Assembly: GCA_016188045.1 (NCBI GenBank)
Contig: JACPIM010000002.1
Coordinates: 17,198-81,197 of the forward strand
Direction: 5' to 3'
DNA: 64,000 nucleotides
DNA from: Candidatus Woesearchaeota archaeon
GTDB lineage: Archaea; Nanobdellota; Nanobdellia; SCGC-AAA011-G17; JACPIM01
The stretch's first letter is position 1. Every line of letters starts with the position of its first letter. Below the pieces are notes generated by a model that saw only the letters and a program-made list of their open reading frames with translations, was not told where the DNA came from and searched no databases. Below are positions 8,988-18,196 of this stretch, piece by piece. The translations under genes were made by a program, and so were the position numbers.

Positions 8988-10361
8988 ATGAAAAACAAAG
9001 ATATAATTCTGATTATTACTGGATTTTCCTTAGTTATTATAATATTAAATTTATTAATAAAAAACGTGCTTTACACAGACGTAGGAGACTATTTGGCTGT
9101 GGCAAAATACTTCTCAAATAATATAGTTTCTAGGATAAGAAGCACACATTCATGGGTATATGGTTTATTTTTATCTCAATTTTTAAAAATTTGGTCTTCT
9201 GTTTTTTTAGTTAAACTAGTAAACAGTTCTTTCTTAGTTTTTACTGCAGTATTATTATATAATCTTACGAAAGATAAAAAAGTGCTATTTTTGTGGATAT
9301 TATCCCCAGTAGTCTGGTATATGACACCACAAATAAGCCCAATCTTGCCTTCTGCTTTCTTATTATTGCTTTCTTACAAATTCATTAAAGAATATGAATC
9401 AAAAGAAAAATTAAAATACTTAATTTACTCAGCCTTGCCATTAGGCTTATCTTCTATATTATGGGACTCAATGATTCCAATTTCAATTTTCTTTATCTTG
9501 GTTTTTTTCTTTAACAGAAGATTAAAAGAAATCTTGTTTTTTGGTGTTTTTTATTTCATTGCCTTTTCAATAAGATTCATCCTAGACTATTATCTATTTA
9601 GTTATCCATTTTTTTCTTTATTTAGGTTCTTCGGAGGTTCTTTATTAGTTTATTTAAGACAAGGAAATTATACCCACATTTCAAATCCAGTTTTAAATTA
9701 TATATTATACTTAGTAATAATCTCACCATTTTTATTTAAAATTTACAAATTAAATTTTAAAGAATATAAAAAAGAATTAATTTTCTTGTTATTAACAGTT
9801 TTAATGTTCATCTCATCAAGCAATCAACTAAGGTATTTTCTGATTTTAGCACCAATTTCAATTTTATTAATTTCAAAAGTAATGACAAAAAAAGAATTAG
9901 TTCTAAATTCAATACTCTCGGTTTTATTAATACTGTTCCTACTTTATCCAAGTTTTGTAGATAACTCAGAAAAATTAATTCAGGAAGATTTAAATCAGAT
10001 TGCAAAAGATTTTCCGAATGAAGTTTTTTTTGCAGGCAATGAACAAGAAGGTGACGCTTACCTAGTCTACTCTTTAGTCTATTGGGGAAAAGAAATAAAA
10101 GAAATAATTAGCTGGCAAGACTTGCAACTGGTATTAAGTAATAAAACTAACTTCCAGCAATATAGGTATGAGAGTAAGGCTAAAGTGGGCGAAACAAGAA
10201 ATGTATGGCTCGAATTTGGTGTCTCTAGGGCAGATAATAGGACTTATGAATATGTTGATTATTTAATATCATCTAAAAAAGAAACCTCATTAAAAAATTT
10301 TAAGCTTGTTAAATCATATAAAACTTTAAATGTTTTTAAAAAGGATACTACTAAGAAATAG
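8988..10361 (+). CDS. polytopic membrane protein, possible GT-C-type glycosyltransferase
   Basis: 457 aa with about 10 TM helices followed by a soluble C-terminal domain. Sits in the glycosylation context. No diagnostic motif was recognised. Confidence 0.4.
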   Translation: MKNKDIILIITGFSLVIIILNLLIKNVLYTDVGDYLAVAKYFSNNIVSRIRSTHSWVYGLFLSQFLKIWSSVFLVKLVNSSFLVFTAVLLYNLTKDKKVLFLWILSPVVWYMTPQISPILPSAFLLLLSYKFIKEYESKEKLKYLIYSALPLGLSSILWDSMIPISIFFILVFFFNRRLKEILFFGVFYFIAFSIRFILDYYLFSYPFFSLFRFFGGSLLVYLRQGNYTHISNPVLNYILYLVIISPFLFKIYKLNFKEYKKELIFLLLTVLMFISSSNQLRYFLILAPISILLISKVMTKKELVLNSILSVLLILFLLYPSFVDNSEKLIQEDLNQIAKDFPNEVFFAGNEQEGDAYLVYSLVYWGKEIKEIISWQDLQLVLSNKTNFQQYRYESKAKVGETRNVWLEFGVSRADNRTYEYVDYLISSKKETSLKNFKLVKSYKTLNVFKKDTTKK

Positions 10362-10404
10362 TAAGGTTTATAAATAAAGTAAAACAAGAAAAAGACGATA
10401 AAAA

Positions 10405-10701
10405 ATGAATAGAACTAATTATATTGGTAATCTTGTTAGTAAGGTAGCATTAGGGGCTACATTATTATTTAGTGCGCCAAATGTTGGTGCTAATGGGGGC
10501 ATTGCTTTAGATCAAGGATCATCGACTATTAGTAGGGAAGAAATTTATTCCAAATTGCATGGTATAGAAAATAGACTACAAAGAATAGAAGAACAACAAA
10601 ATAGCATTGAAAATAGGCTTACTGGCCAAAGTATTAGTATCGGACTTGCATTTTCTGCTATTGGGTATTTGATCTTTAGATCATTTAAAAAAACTAAATA
10701 G
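10405..10701 (+). CDS. small secreted coiled-coil protein with C-terminal membrane anchor
   Basis: 98 aa with an N-terminal signal-like hydrophobic stretch, a heptad-like segment (LQRIEEQQNSIENRL) and a C-terminal TM plus KKTK. Confidence 0.35.
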   Translation: MNRTNYIGNLVSKVALGATLLFSAPNVGANGGIALDQGSSTISREEIYSKLHGIENRLQRIEEQQNSIENRLTGQSISIGLAFSAIGYLIFRSFKKTK

Positions 10702-11989
10702 GTTTTTCAAAACCCCACTTATCTAAAGCTCTTCTTAATTCTTTATGTGTTTTAGCATATTTATCTAAACTTATCCCTTGTTTATATGCTTCAATTGATT
10801 GAATAACCGCTCTAGCTCCAGCTTCAATTCCATCAGGATGACCTTGCGTTCCTCCTCCAACTTGTAGTACAATATCCGTAGTACCATATATATCAAAAAC
10901 CAAAGGCAAAATTCCAGGATGCAGTCCGCCAGAGGAAACAGACAAAACCGGCTTAATTCTTCCCCATTTTTGCCTTAATCTTAAATTTTCAATTTCATTA
11001 ACTTCATTTTTCATCAACATTTCCTTCATAGCAATAATCTCTTTTTCATTTCCTTCTAATTTTCCAATAACCGTTCCTGTATGTATTTGATCTACTCCAA
11101 TTAACCTTAATAGTTTAGATAAAAATAGCATACTCATCCCATGTTTTGGATTTTTTGTAAACATGGCCTGCATTGCCCGGTGTCCATGAATAGCCATTTT
11201 ATAATCATGAGCAAGCTCACAAGCAGTTCCGACAGCAGTAAAACCAGAAACAACAACATCCAACATGAAATACTTAAAATCATGATTATGAATTATCTTT
11301 ATCCTTCTCTCAAGTTCTTTTAAGTTTGGAGAAGTTACATTAATAAAAGCATCTTTCACATTACCAGTTTCTTTTTCAGCTTTATCTCTAAACTTTGAAA
11401 GAAGTTTAACTCTCTCTTCAAATCTATTAAATTTTTGATTTGTTAAATTCTCATCATCTTTAACACAGTCTATCCCGCCTTTCCAAACGGCATAAGCTAC
11501 TTTTTCTGCATGTTCTCTAGCAGTATATCCTAGTTTTGGTTTAGGAACAACAGAAGTAATGGGTCCATTTTTTCTTTTGAATATTTTTTTAATAGCCTCT
11601 CTTCCATAAACAGCACCTTTAAAATATTTAATATAATCTAAAGGCAATTCAGCATCTACTAATCTTAAATTCTTAACAGCTTTCATCCCAAAAATATTTC
11701 CACCAATTCCCGACATTAATCCAGGAACAGATCCATCTTCAACTATGATCCTAGGATAAGCAACTTTCACATATTCTTTATCACAATTAAAAGCATAAGC
11801 CTTCACTTTATTTAACAACTTAGGTTTTTGTTTTAGTGTAGTCCATGTTCCAGAAGAACTTTCAGATGCAACCCTTGCAATTGCTTCTTTCATAGAAATT
11901 CCTTTAGCAGGTTCAACTCTAAACAAACAAACTATATCATTTTTCTTAGGTTTATATTTAAAGTTAACAAAATCAAGATATTGGCTCAT
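10694..11989 (-). CDS. rbcL: ribulose-1,5-bisphosphate carboxylase/oxygenase, form III large subunit
   Basis: Near-collinear match to archaeal form III RbcL: GTWTT, GNIFGMK, VPKPKLGY, GGIDCVKDDENLT (carbamylated Lys), AIHGHRAM, SSGGLHPG, VGGGTQGHPDG. Confidence 0.93.
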   Translation of the reverse strand: MSQYLDFVNFKYKPKKNDIVCLFRVEPAKGISMKEAIARVASESSSGTWTTLKQKPKLLNKVKAYAFNCDKEYVKVAYPRIIVEDGSVPGLMSGIGGNIFGMKAVKNLRLVDAELPLDYIKYFKGAVYGREAIKKIFKRKNGPITSVVPKPKLGYTAREHAEKVAYAVWKGGIDCVKDDENLTNQKFNRFEERVKLLSKFRDKAEKETGNVKDAFINVTSPNLKELERRIKIIHNHDFKYFMLDVVVSGFTAVGTACELAHDYKMAIHGHRAMQAMFTKNPKHGMSMLFLSKLLRLIGVDQIHTGTVIGKLEGNEKEIIAMKEMLMKNEVNEIENLRLRQKWGRIKPVLSVSSGGLHPGILPLVFDIYGTTDIVLQVGGGTQGHPDGIEAGARAVIQSIEAYKQGISLDKYAKTHKELRRALDKWGFEKPI

Positions 11990-12733
11990 TTAATCCCCTT
12001 TAAAAAATATTTTTTTAAAAAAGTTGATTATTCTTCTCATAAAAGACTCTCGCTCTTTTAAAAAATTATCAACATCTTTTTCAATACCAGTTTTATTATC
12101 AACTTTGTTATTATTTTCATTTACTTTATCAACAGTAACATTAGAAACACATCCGTCTATTTTAGTATTAAAACAATCAAAATTTTTACACTCATCTTTA
12201 GTGCATTCATTTCCATCATCACAATCTTCATTTTTCTCACAAATCTTTCCACCAATATGTTTGCATTCTTTTGGAGATCCTGTACAAATATCTACTGTAC
12301 TAGAATCATTATCACTACATTCAATATCACTATTACATTTATTAATTGGTTTTTCTCTGCATCTATTATCATTGCATTCTAATCCGTTTTTACAACCGCA
12401 ATCATTGCAACAATTATCAGATGTTTCAGTTTCATCACAATTCCCATCCCCACAACTGTAAAGTGATTCAGCACTTATATCGGCTTGACTAAGAACATCA
12501 GAAAAAAATATTTCTCCAACAGTAATCTTAATGCCGTTTATATTCTTAGTCTCTTTTTCTTTTATAATACCAGAAACATCATCAACACTAACTACTACAG
12601 AATCTTCAGATACTCCTTTAAGTGTTATTTTTTTCCCACTAACTTCAATAGTGCTTCCTTTTTCTAACTGATCCGCTAAGGTAACATTAACTAAAATCAT
12701 CAATGCAAAAAGCAAGATTACTAATTTTTTCAT
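11990..12733 (-). CDS. secreted cysteine-rich protein (Asp/Asn/Cys-rich repeats), unknown function
   Basis: A cleavable-looking signal peptide (MKKLVILLFALMILVNVTLA), then a ~110-aa segment with about 24 Cys in D/N-rich repeats (CGDGNCDE, CNDNRC, CDDGNECTKDEC). Its ATG overlaps the stop of the HAD gene and its stop abuts the rbcL start. Confidence 0.5.
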   Translation of the reverse strand: MKKLVILLFALMILVNVTLADQLEKGSTIEVSGKKITLKGVSEDSVVVSVDDVSGIIKEKETKNINGIKITVGEIFFSDVLSQADISAESLYSCGDGNCDETETSDNCCNDCGCKNGLECNDNRCREKPINKCNSDIECSDNDSSTVDICTGSPKECKHIGGKICEKNEDCDDGNECTKDECKNFDCFNTKIDGCVSNVTVDKVNENNNKVDNKTGIEKDVDNFLKERESFMRRIINFFKKIFFKGD

Positions 12734-13365
12734 AATATTCTCTTTAATTCATTTAAATTTTTAACAATATAATCAGGTTTATATCTTTTTAATTCTTTTT
12801 CTTTGTAATATCCCGTAGTCACAGCTATTATCTTTACTTTTGCTTTTTTTCCTGCCGTAATATCATAAATAGAGTCGCCAACAACAAAATCAGGTTTTTT
12901 CTTAAAAAACTTCCCAACTTTCAAGATTTCATCAGGATAAGGCTTGGATCTTTTAACATCATTGTTCCCAATTAATAAATCAAAATATCTCTTACTAATG
13001 CCCGCTCCATTTAAAAGAACATATATATTGTTTCTGGAACAGTTAGAAGTAATAGCAATCTTATACTTTTTTTTCTTTAAATATTTTAAAATCTCTAAAG
13101 AAGATTTAAGTTTTTTAGCATATTTAAAATAACCGCCAGCCAAATATCTATCATGTAATTTTTTTATTTCATCTTTAACTTTTTTGCTTGATTTGGGAGC
13201 TAATAGTTTAATAAGTTCCTCTTTTGGTCTACCCAATTTACCGAACATATATTTTTCAGTTTTACTTTCTAACCCAAAAGAGTTTAATGCTCTGTTATAT
13301 GCTTTAGTATGTGCTTTTACAGAATCAACTAAAGTATTATCAAGATCAAAACAAACTATTTTCAT
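12730..13365 (-). CDS. HAD-superfamily hydrolase subfamily IA (phosphoglycolate-phosphatase-like)
   Basis: Motif I FDLDNTLVDS (DxDxT), motif II ITSN and motif IV VGDSIYDITAG. Translationally coupled between the R15P isomerase and the Cys-rich protein / rbcL. Confidence 0.7.
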   Translation of the reverse strand: MKIVCFDLDNTLVDSVKAHTKAYNRALNSFGLESKTEKYMFGKLGRPKEELIKLLAPKSSKKVKDEIKKLHDRYLAGGYFKYAKKLKSSLEILKYLKKKKYKIAITSNCSRNNIYVLLNGAGISKRYFDLLIGNNDVKRSKPYPDEILKVGKFFKKKPDFVVGDSIYDITAGKKAKVKIIAVTTGYYKEKELKRYKPDYIVKNLNELKRIL

Positions 13366-14201
13366 TTATATTCCTCTTTCGCTTTATTCATTAATTGTTT
13401 TGGAGTTAAAATCCCTAATTCAGTAATAATTGCTTTTACATGTTTCGGTTCAATAATATCAAATGCTAGATTCCTAACTTTTATTTTTTTAGGTATTTTT
13501 TCCCAAATTTCCTTTAAGTCTCTTTCTTCAATTTTTAATTTTTTAGGACTATATTTCCAGCTATTGCCTAGAATATAGACCGGAATTTTATTATCATAAG
13601 CAATCTCGGCAAACATGCTGCTCCCAACTTTATTTACAATTCCAGTAATCTTCCATTTGTTATTGGTTATTATTGCATCCATTCCAAGAAAAACACAATC
13701 TGATTTCTTGATAAAAGATTTAGCCGCAGAATCAACAAACGTAGTAACTTTTATTCCCGCTCTTGAAAGTTCTTCAGCAGTCTTTCTTCCTTGATATCTT
13801 GGCCTGGTTTCACTAACAAAAACCTCAAATTTTTTACTATGGTTTTTAGCATATTTCAAAGTATCCACCACAGTAGAAGAATGACAATGAGTAAAAACTT
13901 TTTTTCCAACTTTTTTATGTGCTAGTTTTATTATTTTTTTCTTGCTTTCTTTAATGTAATCTAAAGTTTTTTTAATCCCATTTTTCTCAGCAAATTTTAT
14001 TGCGTTATACAGCATCGGTTCTGTTGGTCTTAAGTTTAATAATTCTTTAACAGAAATATCTTTTAAAGAAAGAGCTTTAACACCATAAATAGCGATGCTT
14101 TCCGCTCCTTGTATTTCTAAACTTTTTATTTTTCTATAAACCTCTTTTGCTCCCATGTGATTTACTAAGTTTTCATCTTTATATAAATCTTTTTTATTCA
14201 A
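13362..14201 (-). CDS. ribose-1,5-bisphosphate isomerase (eIF-2B alpha/beta/delta-like, e2b2 family)
   Basis: Strong collinear similarity to archaeal R15P isomerase: THCHSS, VSETRPRYQGRKTAEEL, FVDSAA, AFDIIEPKHVKAIITELG. Sits in an operon with rbcL. Confidence 0.82.
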   Translation of the reverse strand: MNKKDLYKDENLVNHMGAKEVYRKIKSLEIQGAESIAIYGVKALSLKDISVKELLNLRPTEPMLYNAIKFAEKNGIKKTLDYIKESKKKIIKLAHKKVGKKVFTHCHSSTVVDTLKYAKNHSKKFEVFVSETRPRYQGRKTAEELSRAGIKVTTFVDSAAKSFIKKSDCVFLGMDAIITNNKWKITGIVNKVGSSMFAEIAYDNKIPVYILGNSWKYSPKKLKIEERDLKEIWEKIPKKIKVRNLAFDIIEPKHVKAIITELGILTPKQLMNKAKEEYK

Positions 14202-14275
14202 ATTAAGGAAGTGATAGGAACCTTAGGTTCTTATCAACGAAAACTATATAAACAAAAATATAATTAAATTAATTA

Positions 14276-15157
14276 ATGGTCTTAGAATCTTTATTGGGCC
14301 CAAAAAGAGCTGAGAGAAATCCAACAAGTCTTTTTTTGTTAGGTGTATTATATGCCTCAATAGCTTTATTTTTAGGATTATGGATTTTTAAAAATCAGGC
14401 AAGCCTAGTTTTAGTTTTCTTAACTGTTATGGCTGCAATTCCTTTGGTGTTTAGAACGAATATATTAGAAGAAAAAAGAGCAATGTATCTTAAAGGAGAA
14501 ATAAAACTATTAAGAGCACATTCAAGAGCATTACTTGCTTTTATTTTTTTATTCTTCGGATTTGTGATAGCGTTTTCAGCTTGGTATTTATTATTACCTG
14601 AACATCTGGTTCAATCAACATTTAATTCTCAGATAGAAACAATAAGAAGCATTAATGGAAATTTATTCGGAGCACCCATAGTAGCAAATTCTGCAATAGA
14701 CACAAATTTTGCGCAAAGCGGAGTTTTCCTGCAGATTTTTTCAAATAACATTAAAGTTCTGCTTTTTTGCATTTTTTTCTCATTCTTCTACGGAGCAGGC
14801 GCAATTTTTATTTTAACTTGGAATGCTTCTGTTATAGGGACTGCAATAGGCAATTACATTAGAACAAATCTTGCAACGATAGCAGTTGAAAGCGGATTTT
14901 CAAAAATAGGCAGTTATCTAAGCATTTATTCTTTAGGTCTATTTAGGTATGCAATTCATGGTATTCCAGAAATCTTAGCTTATTTCACAGCAGGCCTAGC
15001 TGGAGGAATAATTTCAGTCGCAATAATAAAGCATGATTTAGATTCAAAATACTTTAGAAAAATAATGCTTGATTCTTTGGACTTAATAATACTAGCGGTA
15101 CTTCTATTGTTTGCAGCAGCTTTATTAGAGGTATATATAACTCCTTTAATTTTCTAA
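14276..15157 (+). CDS. integral membrane protein (possibly SpoIIM/DUF95-like)
   Basis: 293 aa with about 6 TM helices. Family assignment is tentative. Confidence 0.4.
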   Translation: MVLESLLGPKRAERNPTSLFLLGVLYASIALFLGLWIFKNQASLVLVFLTVMAAIPLVFRTNILEEKRAMYLKGEIKLLRAHSRALLAFIFLFFGFVIAFSAWYLLLPEHLVQSTFNSQIETIRSINGNLFGAPIVANSAIDTNFAQSGVFLQIFSNNIKVLLFCIFFSFFYGAGAIFILTWNASVIGTAIGNYIRTNLATIAVESGFSKIGSYLSIYSLGLFRYAIHGIPEILAYFTAGLAGGIISVAIIKHDLDSKYFRKIMLDSLDLIILAVLLLFAAALLEVYITPLIF

Positions 15158-15191
15158 AAATTTATAAACCTGGCAATTTCAAAATTTACCA

Positions 15192-16196
15192 ATGGTATTC
15201 GCGTTTAAATTGCTGTATTTAAGTCCAATTATAAGTTTTATAGTTACTTTAATAGCCACACCAATATTAATAAGATATCTAAACAGAATAGGGCTTCAAG
15301 TAAAAGACCAAAATAAGGAGAATAAACCACTAGTCCCAATTTCTGGCGGATTAGCAGTTATATCTGGAATACTCGTAGGTTTAATGTTTTACATCTTTGT
15401 TTTAACTTTTGTTTATAATGATAAAACCCAATTTGGATTGATATTTGCATCTTTAACAACGATTTTACTAATAACTTTCATAGGTTTTATGGACGATTTA
15501 ATAATAAATAAAACAAAAGATTCTTCAGTAGGATTAAAACAATGGCAAAAACCATTCTTAACTATAATCGCGGCAGTTCCATTAGTAGTAATTAATGCCG
15601 GAGTATCAAAAATGGCAGTTCCATTTTTCGGGGTCATAGATTTTGGTCTATTATATCCATTACTATTGATTCCAATTGGCGTTGTTGGTGCTTCAAATAT
15701 GGTGAATTTACTAGCAGGAATTAACGGATTAGAAACAGGCATGGGCCTGGTTTATTTCTCAATGCTGGGGGTTTATTCTTACTATCATATAAGATTTGAA
15801 GCCGCGGCCATATCAATAATACTTGTTGGCGCATTAATTGCCTTCTATTATTTTAATAAATTTCCGGCAAAGATACTGCCGGGAGATTCATTAACATATC
15901 TTTTAGGAGCGGCTATTGCGGTAGTAGCAATAATAGGCAACATAGAAAGAGCAGCACTGATAGTATCTATTCCCTTTATATTCGAATTTTTGCTTAAAGC
16001 AAGAAGTAAATTCAAGGCACAAAGTTATGGCACTTACATTAACGGAAAAATACAGTCACTATATCCAAATAAGATTTATTCACTAATACATTTAATGACC
16101 ATAAAGCCAAAATTTACAGAAAAACAAATTACTTATGTCTTTATCATAATCATGCTAATAATTTCAAGTTTGATCTGGTTGATTCAAAATGTTTAA
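15192..16196 (+). CDS. UDP-GlcNAc:dolichyl-phosphate GlcNAc-1-phosphate transferase (AglH/Alg7/WecA-MraY superfamily)
   Basis: FIGFMDDLII (D-D-x-x-D) and NMVNLLAGINGLETG (the eukaryote/archaeal GPT version of NxxNxxDGxDGL), with about 10 TM helices. Confidence 0.85.
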   Translation: MVFAFKLLYLSPIISFIVTLIATPILIRYLNRIGLQVKDQNKENKPLVPISGGLAVISGILVGLMFYIFVLTFVYNDKTQFGLIFASLTTILLITFIGFMDDLIINKTKDSSVGLKQWQKPFLTIIAAVPLVVINAGVSKMAVPFFGVIDFGLLYPLLLIPIGVVGASNMVNLLAGINGLETGMGLVYFSMLGVYSYYHIRFEAAAISIILVGALIAFYYFNKFPAKILPGDSLTYLLGAAIAVVAIIGNIERAALIVSIPFIFEFLLKARSKFKAQSYGTYINGKIQSLYPNKIYSLIHLMTIKPKFTEKQITYVFIIIMLIISSLIWLIQNV

Positions 16197-17463
16197 AGAA
16201 TTTTTTAGTAGAAGGGATAGTTTAATTAGAGATAATTTCATACTAGTAACCGCGTCTATGTTTGGGAATGTAGCCGCTTTTTTGTTTCACGTTTTCATGG
16301 TCAGATTTCTAGGTTCAGTAGACTACGGAATACTCGGTGTTCTTTTATCTATAATCTACCTAATTAGCGTTCCGCTTTTAGTTATCCAAACAGTAATAGC
16401 AAAATTTATTTCTCAATATAAAGCAAAAGGAGAGCATAATAAGATTAATCTTCTATTAAGAAAGAGTTCATTTAAATTCGTAAAATATAGTGCAATCTTT
16501 CTCGCAATAAACATTTTATTAATTCCCGCTCTATCAAAATTTCTTCATATTCCAAAATTAAATTTCCTTGTCCTTTCACCAATAATATTTTTAGCAACAC
16601 TTATTCCAATAGGCAGAGGAGCATTACAAGGATTACAAGAATTCAAAGTATTAGGCTATAATGTAATTACAGAAGCATTCTTAAAACTAATTTTTGGAGT
16701 TTTACTAGTTGTTTTAGGCTTGGCAGTCAATGGAGCAATATTGGCAATAATTTTATCTTTTATATTTCCATTAATCTTGTTACATCATAAATTAAAAAAA
16801 TATCTAGAAACTAAAGAAAACACAAGCCTAAATATTAAAGAGATATACGCTGACTCATATGCAATCTTGCTTACATTAATAACATTAACCTTATTTTATA
16901 CAATTGACTTATTCTTAGTCAAACATTATTTTTCAGGTACAGAAGCCGGATTATATGCTACTGCCTCATTATTGGGTAAAATAATTTACTTCGCTTCTTT
17001 AGCCATAGTATTAGTAATGTTTCCAAAAACAACAGAACTTTTTACAGTAAACAAACCAAGTTCAACGATACTTATCAAGTCGTTAATTTTCATAATATTA
17101 ATAGCAATACCGGTTTTATTGGTTTATTTTTTACTGCCAGAATATGCCATTTTAATCTTAGGAGGAAAAGAATATTTGCCAATCTCTAATCTTTTGGGTT
17201 TTTTTGGTTTAGCAATGACTTTTTTCACTATATCTTACACTTTGGCCTTCTATAATCTGTCGATAAACAAAACTTCATTTATTTATGGTTTGGCTATATT
17301 AAATATAGTTGAAACTATTGCTATCTATTTGTTCCATTCTACTATAAAAGAAGTAGTAATCATTTTAAATATAATCACCTTAGTTTCTCTGTTATATCTG
17401 GGGGGGTATACTATAAAAAACATAAATGGTAAAGCTATCAATAATAATACCCGCACACAATGA
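16189..17463 (+). CDS. oligosaccharide/polysaccharide flippase (Wzx-like, MOP superfamily)
   Basis: 424 aa with 12-14 TM helices. The N-terminal region is typical of polysaccharide biosynthesis protein family members. Overlaps the AglH-like gene by 8 nt. Confidence 0.7.
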   Translation: MFKEFFSRRDSLIRDNFILVTASMFGNVAAFLFHVFMVRFLGSVDYGILGVLLSIIYLISVPLLVIQTVIAKFISQYKAKGEHNKINLLLRKSSFKFVKYSAIFLAINILLIPALSKFLHIPKLNFLVLSPIIFLATLIPIGRGALQGLQEFKVLGYNVITEAFLKLIFGVLLVVLGLAVNGAILAIILSFIFPLILLHHKLKKYLETKENTSLNIKEIYADSYAILLTLITLTLFYTIDLFLVKHYFSGTEAGLYATASLLGKIIYFASLAIVLVMFPKTTELFTVNKPSSTILIKSLIFIILIAIPVLLVYFLLPEYAILILGGKEYLPISNLLGFFGLAMTFFTISYTLAFYNLSINKTSFIYGLAILNIVETIAIYLFHSTIKEVVIILNIITLVSLLYLGGYTIKNINGKAINNNTRTQ

Positions 17464-18196
17464 AGAAAAAAGAATTAAAGAAACATTAATATCTTATACC
17501 AAATTTTTTAATTTAAAACTTAAGAACGATTATGAACTAATTGTTATTCCAAATGCATGTAAAGATAAAACTGTAGAACTCGTTAAAGAATTTTCAAAAA
17601 AACACAGCACACTAAAATACAAAGAATTAATCCCGGGAGGAAAGGGCCTGGCTTTAGTTGAAGGGTTTAAAATAGCTAAGGGCAATTTTATTGGTTTTAT
17701 TGATGCAGACAATAGCACAAGCTCAGATGAATTTCATAAACTAATGCAAATAATAAATGGTTATGACGGAGCAATAGCCTCAAGATGGATGAAAGAATCT
17801 ATCGTTGATGTAAAACAACCCGTTCTTAGATTGATTGCGGGAAGAGTATTTAACTTTATAGTTAGATTTTTATTAGGCATGAGATTCCAGGATACACAAT
17901 GTGGCGCGAAATTATTCAAAAATGAGGCAATTAAAAACATATACCCTAAATTAGGTATAACAAAATGGGCCTTTGATATTGATCTTATTTATTTAATGAA
18001 GCGCAATAACTATAAAATTAAAGAAATCCCAATTAGGTGGCGCGACACAATAGGTTCTCAATTAAACATACCAAGGGCTTCTTTTGAAATGTTCCTGGCT
18101 TTAATAAGGTTAAGATTAATATACTCACCATTTAGTTTTATAGTAAAAGCCTATGATCTATTGCCAGAATTTATAAAGATTCACCACAAACTATGA
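17426..18196 (+). CDS. GT2 glycosyltransferase (Dol-P-glucose/mannose transferase-like)
   Basis: LSIIIPAHNEEKRI, IDADNSTS (DxD) and QCGAKLF motifs. Confidence 0.8.
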   Translation: MVKLSIIIPAHNEEKRIKETLISYTKFFNLKLKNDYELIVIPNACKDKTVELVKEFSKKHSTLKYKELIPGGKGLALVEGFKIAKGNFIGFIDADNSTSSDEFHKLMQIINGYDGAIASRWMKESIVDVKQPVLRLIAGRVFNFIVRFLLGMRFQDTQCGAKLFKNEAIKNIYPKLGITKWAFDIDLIYLMKRNNYKIKEIPIRWRDTIGSQLNIPRASFEMFLALIRLRLIYSPFSFIVKAYDLLPEFIKIHHKL

